Source: Naegleria gruberi
Taxonomy: Eukaryota
Assembly: GCA_000004985.1 (NCBI GenBank)
Contig: GG738872.1
Direction: 5' to 3' (one strand)
Length of the DNA: 64,000 nt
Position 1 is the stretch's first letter. Every line of letters starts with the position of its first letter. Both the position numbers and the translations under genes were made by a program. The notes under the pieces are model-generated. The model did not search any database. It was not told where the DNA came from and saw nothing but the letters and a program-made list of their open reading frames with translations. Positions 23,301 to 33,809 of this stretch are shown here, piece by piece.

Positions 23301-26179
23301 CAAAATTCTTCCAATCCCTCCAAAAGTATAAGGAATTAGCAAAGATTCCACTACTTTTGAGTTTAATGATTCAAGAATACAAGCAAAATAAGGAATTACC
23401 AGATATTAGATCAGTTCTGTATGACCATGCTTGTGAAACAATGATTTCAGTCTATATCGATAAGGTCAGACCACATACTACCAAACAAGAGAGAAGAGAT
23501 TTATTCGAAATGCTCTATGCTGTTGCAAGTATTTTACACGACAATACTAAACGTTACTTTACGAGTGCCTATATTGAAAAGCACCTCCAGGAAATTACTA
23601 CCATCGTAGACTTGGAGGCCTCAGCCAACAATAGTGTAACAAATGGAAGTCAACCACCACTCTCCTCTCAGTCAATTACCAATGCAAACAATCTTACAGC
23701 TAACGAATCTGGTACAAACTTTTCATCAAGTTCCAGTGAACCAAGTAGAAATGTATACGAAACTTGGAAGACTTTCCATCAAGATATCGATGATGGACAT
23801 TTCCCGCTCATTATTCGATTGGGTAACAATTATTCATTTGCCCACTTGTCATTCCAGGAATATTTCGTTGCCAAAGTGTGGAGTGATGCTAGGAGAGTTT
23901 CAAGAATTAGAGAACAAAAGAAGGGTCGTTTGAATTTCTTCTCGAGAAAGAAGGAAAATCTTCCAATCGTATTTTCCTCAGAAACTAAGAAATTAATTAT
24001 TGATCCATGGTTCAGAGAAACTTTCTTAATCTGTGCTGGATCAATGTCTAGAGATGATTTCAATGAATTTATCAATTACTTGTCTGAAAACTTTAAAAAG
24101 AGTTCTGCCATTGATAATTTACTTCTCCAAATGATTAGAACTGAAAGACCAAGTGATGAGAGGGATCAATACAGTGAAATTGAAAAGAATATTACAACAC
24201 AAAAGAAGTTGAAGAATATGATTTTGGAGGGTTTGATTCACGACTCTTCAGTTTTGAGAGAAATGACAACCAAGAGAGTTGCTCTCTATGAGAGTGACTT
24301 GACCAATGTTATTGCATACTTGTTGAAAGTTGTGACCAAGAATAAGGATAAGACCAAATCAGCCACCCACAGCTTGCTAGATATCTTCCAACAATTGAAA
24401 GACGATAAGGAATTCAGATATAGAACTACCAAACGATTGATTGAATCACTTGCTGACAAACAGTGGAAGATTGGAGAGCAATCAGTCATTGCACTCTTAG
24501 CAATTGCTGAGAAGGAAGATACGAGAATTACTAAAAAGTTGTGGACTCTCATGACCAAGCCACCAATTGAAGTACAAGTCAGAGCATGTTATGCCATTTC
24601 AGTCTTGGCTAAGAGGGGAGACTCCAAGTTTATTAACAAGTTTATGGAGATTTTACTCTCAGAGACAATCAAGGAAGGTCGATATATGGACAAGATGATT
24701 GAGAGCTTGACAAATATTTGTGTCAGGGCAGATGAAATTGTCCTCTCACAAATCAGATCCAACATTAAACAAGCCCAGAACAAGCTCATTCGACACGGAT
24801 TGATTACTGCCCTAGGAAAGATCTCAGCTCCAGGTGATAAGCAAACAATCAAGTTACTCGTTCAAATTCTTTCAAAGGAAAAGTCATCCGATACACTAAC
24901 CTTTGTTGTAGATGCTCTCAAGATGGTTTGTGAAGCGAGAGAAACAACCAACTTGTCCATTGCAATCAAACTCCTCAAGGATCACATTGCATACAGACCA
25001 GATAAGTCTCTACGTGAGGAATACGAAGAATACGAATTTAGTTTCAATGATTTGAATCAAAAGATTATGGAACTCATTCAAGCACTATTGTTGGGCAGAG
25101 AATACTCCAAAAGAGATACCAAAGATATGAGCTTATATGTGAAAGGATTGACTGAACAATTGAATAAGGATAGTAATTTTAAGAAACTTGTTTATGAGCT
25201 CTATGACACCATGTTCACTTTGGCAATTACTGGAGATTCTCAAATAAGAAAGACAACTGTATCTACATTCTCAGCTATGGTTGACCATAATGATGAAGAA
25301 TTGCTAACCTTTATTTTTGACAAGATCAAAAACGACCTTCTCAAGAATATCATGACTGAAGACAAATCTATGGAAATCACAACAGTTATTTTCCTTTTGG
25401 GTGTTGTATTTGCCAATACAGCCAATTCTCAGGCCATTAATGTACTTTTAGAATTGTTAGAATCAAACAGTTCGAATGCTTACTTACTTGGAGAGATTTT
25501 CACAGCCATGGGTAATGTTGCTCCACGCAACGATACCTTCCTTATTGAGATGATGACCAAATATTTGGAAATGGAAAAGGATGCCCACATGCAAGAGAAG
25601 GAATTGTGGAAACTCAAATCGAGAATCATCTCTGCCTTGGAAAATATTTGTCTGAGGGAGGAGAATAATGAAAGACTAGTTACCAAGATGCTCCAATTGT
25701 TGGAAGTGTGTCCTCAAAAATTTTCACATACATTCAAACCAACTTGTATCAAGGCAATTGGAAGACTCTTAAAGAAGGGAGAAAAAGATGCCATCAACAA
25801 ATTGGGACCTTTGGCAGCTGATAAGGATAGTTTCATTAGAAAAGCAGTTGCTTATACTTTGGGATTGATTTCAGATAAGGCCAATAAGAATGCAGTTAGA
25901 GTATTGAAAGATATGTTAGAAGATGAAAATGCAGAAGTTAGACAAGAAGTTATTGAAAGTTTGGGTAAAGTAGCAGATTTAGAGCAGTTGGTGACTTCAC
26001 TCAAGGCCAACATTTCTGAAACTATTAGAACAGCACTTTTCCAAATGATTATCTATCAAATTAGAGAATCGAGACAAGAAAATCCAAAGTTTTCACTTCC
26101 TTCCAAGCAAGTGAAACATTTAGAAAGTTTGAATTGCACAGAAGCCAGATTCATTCTGTTGGAGAATTACAGCGTGTGA
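20370..26179 (+). CDS. Multi-exon gene encoding a tripartite protein of about 1738 aa: N-terminal Ser/Thr protein kinase, central NACHT (STAND P-loop) NTPase, C-terminal HEAT/ARM repeats. Exons 20370..20436, 20563..20773, 21170..21350, 21425..26179; introns of 126, 396 and 74 nt.
   Basis: Kinase motifs are distributed over the four exons in correct order and phase: GSGAEGLVYL|V…AIK, …FFVMEY|CDKGSL, …QQIVHRD|LKPANLLF…LSDFGFTKQ…GTIQYMSPE…DIWSFGVCI. NACHT motifs: Walker A LILGSAACGKTCMMKRL (about 22795-22840), Walker B RLLLLLDGLDEGG (about 23065-23100), ILTTSRVSGFE, IPLLLSLM. C-terminal repeats of the form …AEVRQEVIESLGKVAD… / …IRKAVAYTLGLISDKANKNAV… are HEAT/PBS-lyase-like. All donors are gtaagt/gttcgt and acceptors ag; phases were checked by hand. 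Confidence 0.7.
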
Positions 26180-26272
26180 CGAGTGAAATAAACACCTATG
26201 TCATTTCCTAGGTGGTTTCCAACAAGTGCTTCCAACAAATAAACTTAAAATTTACATCAACAAATTTATAAA

Positions 26273-28473
26273 TTATGGATTTTCTTCCAAGTCCTTCAAT
26301 ATTGTTGTGATTGAGTCGTATGTTTCTTTTGTGAGTAATTGTGCTTTGGATTGGTAGATCACAAAGGCCTTTAGGGCAATAATTAGAGAAATGAAAGAGT
26401 TTTCAGGAAGGTCTTTCTTAATGGATTCCCTGTTAGCTTCGTGATCCTTGCACAAACAACCAATAAGAATTGCCAAATAAGAAGTGATGATATTATCTTC
26501 CGTATGTTTAAGACTGCTTCTCAAATCACCCTTCTTTTCATTTTCTTTCTTTTCAGTCGAAACTAAATCCACAATCTCCGCAGCTGCATTGTCACTTCTT
26601 TGGGAATCAGTTGTTGCTTGCTCTGCTACATTAACTGTTTCATCCTCATCTTTGTAGTCTTGTTTGGCATAATATTCCTTGAATAAATCTATTAAAAATT
26701 GTAATAATTTCTTAGTCTTTCCTCTAAATTCAAACTCTTTTGGAATAGGGTAAGAAAAACGTTTTCTCAATACTTACTGAAATTTCTTATTAGCTCTCGA
26801 TTAGTCCAGCTACTATCTGTCATGTTTGAAAGTAAGGCCAAAGACATTGTGAGAATGTCGAAATGTTGTGTATAACTTGAGGCTAAAACAGAACACACTC
26901 CAGAAATACCATTTTCTTCGGCAATTTTGTTGCAAATATCATTATTACAATTGCTGATATTTGTCAAAAAACGTAAAGTGATGAGGGTGCAATCCAACAC
27001 TGGATGGCCATCTTTAAGCTCGCTCAATAAAGATTTGTCTATTTGAAAATGGTAAACCACAAATAATATTCCAAGATCCACTTACTGATTGGTGTCAGAC
27101 AATTCAATAATCTAATAAGAGCAGGTAAGAAATAGTTCCAAGCCTCAGCATTCTTACTTGGGTCTGAAGAGGCATACTTTGTCACAATTCCATTCTTTTC
27201 CAGCATTTTAATACAGTTACACATATCACCAGATATTAGATCATCTCGTTCTTGTTCTAATATTGCCAATAGGCAAGGTACTAATCGCTCTATTGTTTCT
27301 ATACTATTCGATTTAACAAATAACAGGGTTGGTTTGTTCTTGGTTATAAATTCTTCCTTATTGGATGATTGGTGATACTTCAATTCAAAGTTGTAATGCT
27401 CGTAATTTACAATATTTACCATGGCAGATAGAGCCAAGGAAATGGTGGTCTTCTCGAATGTTTTAATGTTGGCATCCTCATCTACTACCTTTTCTTGCTC
27501 TTTTTGAGCTTTCTTTGGTGAGCCTGCTTTGAGAGCTGCCATTCTTGTTCGTTTGGTTCTTTTGATGGAATCCAAGTTTGAAGTTTGTTGCCACTTTAAC
27601 ACATGGTGCTGTTTGATAATTTCATGGAGTGTGACGAATGAGGTTTCAGTTGCATATTCAGCATTCAGAGGATCTTTAAGGAGAATCCCTATAATTTGAG
27701 CAGCTGTCAATGAAAGTAATTGTTGCTTTTCAAAATCAATGACTGTGCATAGAGTTTCAACCATAGACTTAACCATGGAGTGACTAGGGACATTATTGAA
27801 TAAATAATGAAACAAATTCTTATCAAACTTACGCTCTGAGGAAAATTCCCAAATCATTTCCTTCCTGTGAAAACATTTGTGCAAGTGAGCTAGCACTTGA
27901 ACATTTAATATCCAAAGATCTAGAATTGAGTCCACCTAAATAGTTTAAAATACTCTCCTTCTTATCCAACTCCTTTCCTGAAACCTTAATTGAAGTTGAT
28001 GACATTCTCTTTTGTTTTTTGAGTGCTCTAATTTCCTTTTCTCCATATTCATCTTCTGATGAAGAATAATCAAAAACGTCATCAAAAAGATCATCGGAGA
28101 AGAAGTTATCCTCAGCAGATGATGATTTCTTTCCTGGTGATTTTGAATTTGGTGTTTTTGGAGTTTTTGGTGTGCCAACTTTTGGACTCTTGCTTGGTGT
28201 TGATTTTGATGAAGATGGTTTCGGACTCTTCTTTGGAGTTGATGGTAATTTTGATTGTGATGATGAATCAAGGCTTGAACGTTTCTTTGTCTTTTCCTTC
28301 AAAGTTTCATCAAATACATTCTCACCGAAAATGTCATCATCACTCTTTCTTCTGGTACGTTTCTTCTTCTTTTCATCATCACTGTTAATATCATTGAAGA
28401 GGGAGACTTTTTTCGAGTTGGGTGAACTCTCCACTTTGACAAGCACTGGATTCTTCTTTTTAAACGTCCTCAT
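26273..28473 (-). CDS. WAPL: WAPL (wings apart-like) cohesin release factor ortholog. Four exons: complement(27833..28473), complement(27086..27783), complement(26778..27038), complement(26273..26736); very short introns of 49, 47 and 41 nt.
   Basis: Lys-rich disordered N-terminus, then conserved WAPL-domain blocks that align with animal WAPL: ESILNYLGGLNSRSLDIKCSSASSLAQMF…FLRA|HSMVKSMVETLCTV (human DDVVYLLDGL…LSVISLATKC…HLRAHGMVAMV), HPVLDCTLITLRFLTNISNCNNDIC (human [20 protein letters not shown]), TSYLAILIGCLCKDHEANRESIKKDLPENSFISL (human [34 protein letters not shown]). The four ORF-track fragments (27829..28473, 27039..27935, 26767..27081, 26273..26770) are joined by gtaagt donors with consistent phases. 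Confidence 0.7.
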
Positions 28474-28704
28474 CTTTTTTACAATATTAAATTAAATTAA
28501 TTCTTGTTGTTAAATATTTCTTCCGAAAATGTTGATTGATCCGATTCGAGAAGCTATGCAGAAGAATTATTGTTATTTTTTTCTATATTTTTTGGGAATC
28601 GACGAGTTTTGGCGCCAAACATTTTTAAATATTTTTGTAAACATTAAAGATTATAATAGCATTAATACAACATCATTCAAACATCAAGGAACAACATTAA
28701 AAAA

Positions 28705-30309
28705 ATGCAACAAACTTCATCTCCTTCTGCCTTCACCCAACATCACCACTATTCCCTTCAATCGGTTCAAGTTTCTTCCTTTGATTTATCCAAGAGAGCC
28801 GTCGAAAGTGGTCGAATGGATCCCGAGAAATTTGACCAAGAATTTTCTTCAAATCCTTCATCAGCTTCATCTTTAAATGAATCAAATGATTTGATTGGAC
28901 AATCAATTCCAATTTTTGAAACTTCCTTCCGAAGGGATCGTTATCAGAAAATTGTTGAACAAAAAGGATCGAGTTTGAATTTGTGGCCAAATTTTGCAAA
29001 GTGTATGTTTTTTAGAATCGAGTGATGAGGAATTTAATATTTGTGTCGATTCGGATGATGTGATGGAATTTGTATTAATATGAATTTTTAATCGAATGGA
29101 AAATTTGTTGGTGGGTTTTTTAGTTTATCAAGCAAGAGATTTTAAAGCTGGAGAATATAAAACGAGTAAGTTTTAGGAATTAATGATGTAGGAATGGCTA
29201 ATGGATGAAATAGTTATTGAAATTGATTGTAAAACTTCAGAAAGTGTAAGTGTGATTTGGTAGTTTATTCTGATTGACTGATTGTTTCGAATAGCCATCA
29301 TCATTCTTAATGTATTTCATGTCTAGATTCAATTCATACTCTCATAAATATGTAGTTCCAATCCTAGACACATACATTACAAAGAATTCCTGTTGTATTG
29401 TTACTCCTTACTACACTCAGGGAAGTATGCTTCGTTTACTCAAGACAAGATTGGAAAAGCAGAAATTCCTCAAAATTCAACAAATTTTGTGCTATTTTTC
29501 TCAATTATTGGAAGCTATTAATTATATTCATACTAATTTAAAGACAACTGTATGTATTGGAATGATTGAAAAATATGTAACCAATTTTTTATCCATATTT
29601 ATTCGAATTGGATGGCATAATACACTGAATCAACATAAAGATGTATGGTGGAATTTCCTTAGATAACATTTTTATGGATGAAACTCTGGAGAATATTTCC
29701 TTGGGTTATGTTGGAATTCACATTCATACCATGAATTTATATCTGAACAATTATTTCAACAAGTCAGAATTGTCCATGCTTGGTGGAGCCAACTTGTTGC
29801 AATCAAAATCAGAAACGACCTATAATTCCAATAACTCTTCTGATGATCTCGATGAAAAGCAAGTTGATAATCCAGAACAGCTCACTAAAAACGATGAAAT
29901 TAAGGAAATTATTTCCAAATCCTCAACTACAAATGAAGAACTAGCTGGATGGCAATATTTGGATGTTTATGCTTGTGCCATTTCAATTTATCAATTAGTG
30001 ACACTCTCCCTTGATATGTCCTCTGAGGAATCTCAAAATATTGACAAGAACTCAATTCAAGCCTCTTATACCTATCAATTAGTAAGAACTTTGCAACAAC
30101 AGCAACAATTATCAGAAGAAGAATTATCATATTGGAAGGAATATATCAAAAATAAGATTGGAAGAGTATATCACAATAAGAAACTCATCAATTTATTAAC
30201 TGAAATGCTCAATATCAGTCAATCCAAATTAACAGCTCAAATGTGCATCAAATTACTGAAAGAAATTCCACCAGAAGACGATGACGATGAAGAAAATGCT
30301 CACTACTAG
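28705..30309 (+). CDS. Protein-kinase-like gene, predicted pseudokinase (catalytic-loop HRD replaced by HTN). Five exons: 28705..29002, 29124..29165, 29214..29245, 29295..29549, 29641..30309.
   Basis: Kinase-fold landmarks in order: strand-3-like …FYQARDFKAGEYKTIIEIDCK…; subdomain IV-V …KYVVPILDTYITKNSCCIVTPYYTQGSMLRLL; VIa …QQILCYFSQLLEAINYIHTNLK (where HRDLK is expected); VIb-like ISLDNIFMDE; IX DVYACAISIYQLVTLSL. No DFG or APE recognised. Introns all have gtatgt/gtaagt donors. The exon 2/3 micro-exons (42 and 32 nt) are less certain. Confidence 0.5.
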
Positions 30310-30561
30310 ATATTTTCCAATTCAATATTCGATTCCTTCATATGTAACAATTCTTTGATTTGAATTTAACACAAAAATCTTGTAAATATATTAAATCTGC
30401 TGCTGCCTGCTGCTCTGTGTCTCGACCAATTATTCTCACTAAATGAACAAATCGGTTCATCATTAAAATTGCAACCTCACCAAACACTTTTATTGTAAAC
30501 TTCATCATTTCATGCTAAAAGTAGAACATTGAAAAGTTCCAACAAACAAACACAAATAAAA

Positions 30562-32547
30562 ATGAGCGATTACGATGATGAAGACTTGGAATTTGCCATT
30601 GATGATGAGGAAATTGAAATGACGCCAGGTAAGTGGGAGAATTGTTTGCTAATGTGTTTGTGTTTGTCGGTTATTAAAAGGTACTGGACAATCCTATCGA
30701 TTTGATGAAGATGATGCCTTCATGATCGATGATGAAGATGGTACAGCCTACGATGGACAAGAGTTTGATGCAAAGGATGTTGAATATGTAATTCTCACCC
30801 AGGAAGAAATTGTTCAAGAACAAGAGAAGGAAATTGCTCGTATTGTGGAGATTGTTGGAGTGACTGATACATCGGCAAAAGTCTTGTTGAGAAAGTGTGG
30901 TTGTAAGTTTCTTCAAGTTTGATATTATTCATCAAAATGATCAATCTTATAATAATACTAATCAATAATACAATTAAATAGGGAAGGCAGAAAGAGTAAG
31001 TTAACAATATCTAGGAATAATAGTAGTCATAGTATTATAATAATAATTATTTACAATTTGATCATCAATATTAGGTTTTAAATATTTTCTTCGAGAATGG
31101 AAAGGAAGGTCTTTTGAAAGCAGCAGGTTTGAGTGAGAATGATCTTCGTGATGCTGACAGTTTGAAAGTATCGGGATGTGAAACATTTGAATGTCCACTC
31201 TGTTATGATGATGTACCTGCTGATCAATGTACAAAATTACCAGCTTGTTCTCATGCTTTTTGTAATAATTGTTGGAAGGCACACATTGAAAGTAAGATCA
31301 AGGAAGGAAAATTACAAATTCTTTGTCCTGAACTTGGATGTGCTTGTATTGTTGATGATGATCTTATTAGTCAATTTGCTAGTTCTCAAAATAAGAAGAA
31401 ATTTGATGCTAAATTTATTGAATCCTATGTTGAAGACAATGTTAGTATTAAGTGGTGTCCATCTGCACCTTGTTGTGGAAGATGTGTCCGAGTTAATGTA
31501 CCTCACACTACACCACTTGAAATTGATTGCAAATGTGGATGTTCATTCTGTTTCAATTGTTTGAAATTCCCACACTTACCAGCTACTTGTAATATGATGA
31601 CTGCTTGGACTGTAAAATGTCAAAATGATAGTGAAACATTTAACTGGTTGGCTGTAAATACAAAAGATTGTCCAAAATGTCACACTCCAATTGAAAAGAA
31701 TGGTGGTTGTAACCATATGCATTGTCATAAATGTCAACACCACTTTTGTTGGGTTTGTTTATGTGATTTCAATCACACAACATACCAACACTCTTGCGGA
31801 AGATTTGAAGAAAAGAATACTGAAAATGCCAGAGTCTCTTTGGAAAGATATTTGCACTACTATAACAGATATAAAGCTCACGAAGATTCAAGAACTAGAG
31901 AAGAAAAGACCAGAGAAGTAATCAAGAAAAAGATGGTTGAAATGTTTGAATTGAGGCCAAACTCTGCTTGGATTGAAGTTCAATGGGTTGAACAAGCCAT
32001 GTTGACACTTTTCAATTGTAGAAAGGGCCTTCAATTCTGTTATGTATTCTCATACTACATGTTTGACCCTACTGCTTGTGCAGATAAGAAGATTTTAGAA
32101 GGTTGTAAAGAGATGATTAATGAAAAGATTAGACAAAGTGCCAGAAACGTGACTGAAGATAATATTGAAATGCTTGAAAATGCTACTGAAAAACTTTCTA
32201 ATTTATTGGAAAAGCCAGTCAAGGACTTCTTTAATGAGAATGTTAAACAAGATGTTATGGGATGTACAGTATTGTGTGATAGTAGACTTCAATCTGTATT
32301 CAATGTAGTAAGGGAGGATCTTATGATTTCTGGCGAGTTTGGCTGTCCAAGACCAAAATCAACTGTTACAACAAGAGCTACAGCTATTAAATCAGGTCAA
32401 TCAATGCTCTCACGTATGATGGAAGAAGCAGAGATTTTAAAAAACAAAAAGCAAGAACTTGAAAAGCAAAAACAATTAGCTGGTACCATTGGTACAGACT
32501 TGGATGATATCGAGTTACAAAAGGCAATTTTAGAGTCCATGAAATAA
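30562..32547 (+). CDS. ARIH1: Ariadne-family RBR (RING-between-RING) E3 ubiquitin ligase, ARIH1/HHARI ortholog. Four exons: 30562..30628, 30681..30902, a 14-nt micro-exon 30982..30995, and 31075..32547.
   Basis: Acidic N-terminus and UBA-like region …YVILTQEEIVQEQEKEIARIVEIVGVTDTSAKVLLRKCG|WKAER|VLNIFFENGKEGLL (human …[22 protein letters not shown]). RING1 CPLCYDDV…CSHAFCNNCW; IBR …WCPSAPCCGRCVRV…CKCGCSFCFNC; RING2 CPKCHTPIEKNGGCNHMHCHKCQHHFCWVC; Ariadne-type C-terminal helical domain. The micro-exon is required to restore phase between exon 2 (ends …TGTGGTT|gtaagt, phase 1) and exon 4 (phase 0 after ttag at 31073-74). Confidence 0.8.
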
Positions 32548-32549
32548 AT

Positions 32550-33729
32550 CTACATGGTTGTGTATTTATTCATTTGTGGTGATTGATAGGATGATGAAGG
32601 GAATTGAGATTTTTGATTTACCAACATGTCTAATGATTGTTCAAAACTTCTATCTGTTAATAATAGGACTTCCTTAATATCCTTATCTGAAAAGTGCATT
32701 TCTGATAATTGTCTATACTTGTCACAAAAGTCAAATACTTTCAATTGATCCCCTCTGTATGCCTCTGTTGCAAATCTTGCTAATTCACTCGAAAATCCTG
32801 GATATTTGTAAACTTCCAAAACATTATAGTAGCACTCTACTTCTTCATCTGTCGAGAAACCAAGTAATGGGTTTGGATCCATTGTTGGAATAGCTGTGTA
32901 AGTTGGTTGTGCTTGATAGGAGTCAACCCCAGCCACTGGTGGCGCATAGGAAGAGTGTCTATAATTATTAGTTGAATTGTAATTATTGTTTGGTGATACA
33001 TTGGTATTAATACCATTGATAATACTATTAGTATTACTATTATTATTATATGGAGATATTGTTCTGCCAGTATTATTTACATTTTCAATAGAAGAAGAGA
33101 ATGGAATATTTACAAGTTGATTAATTGATTGTGTAAGACTTGGTGGTGGATTGGTAGTGTTAATTATTATTGATCATGAAATTATTTTGTGGAATAACTT
33201 CCTTGTTAATCTTACTATTAGTGTTATTATTGCTGCTACTTGTAGTCAATGAATCATTATTTCCTTTTGTTGAATTTAATTCTTCCAACAGGGCAATAAA
33301 CTTTGCCTTCCTAGTTTTTTCCTCTTCTTCCTCTCTCTTCATCAATTCTTCAGTTCGTTTAATGTATTCCTTCTCAAAGTCTGGTCTGAAATTGTACTCG
33401 ACCACCAATTCAACACTTCGTCTATTATTTAATGATGATGGTACAGTATTATTAACTTCCTCTTTCCGATCAGAATTTCCATCCATCACCACAGGAGAAA
33501 TCAAACTCAACGATAATCGATTCGTAGCTGTTGATAATATCCCACTATATTGTTGTGTTTGATTATTATTATTAATAATTGATTGCCCACCTCCGGCATT
33601 GCTCGTCATCGACGGAGGTAAACTCTTCCTATTTGTCCTGCTCACAACGTTCACCAATTCAAAATCATCTTCAACGCTTTTTTCCTCATAGCGGAAAGGT
33701 CTGGCTGGAGCATTGTATTGTTGTTGCAT
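32550..33729 (-). CDS. Hypothetical Asn-rich protein present as two consecutive ORFs in different frames (33160..33729, then 32550..about 33157). Either a frameshifted/pseudogenised gene, an assembly indel, or an unrecognised intron. The C-terminal part has a compact helical UBA/CUE-like domain.
   Basis: Upstream ORF starts at ATG 33729 (MQQQYNAPARPFRYEEKSVEDDFELVNVV…) and stops at 33160 within …QNNFMINNN*. Immediately downstream a second frame is open from about 33157 to 32550 (…SIIINTTNPPPSL…NNYNSTNNYRHSSYAPPVAGVDSYQAQPTYTAIPTMDPNPLLGFSTDEEVECYYNVLEVYKYPGFSSELARFATEAYRGDQLKVFDFCDKYRQLSEMHFSDKDIKEVLLLTDRSFEQSLDMLVNQ…). No convincing GT…AG intron joins them. Confidence 0.3.
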
Positions 33730-33809
33730 TTTTTGTTTTGTGAAAAGGAAAAAGTAAAGATAAGAATAGAATAAAAACACGTGTTCTATTTGGGTTCTAA
33801 ACTGGTAAA

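Noticed and set aside
22385-23323. Minus-strand ORFs (22385..22861, 22867..23253, 23075..23323) inside the kinase-NACHT gene
   Set aside because: They are antisense to a long, motif-rich coding exon. No support.
30982-30996. 15-nt version of the ARIH1 micro-exon
   Set aside because: With the gtaagt donor at 30996 the exon is 14 nt. The 15-nt reading breaks the phase needed by the next exon.
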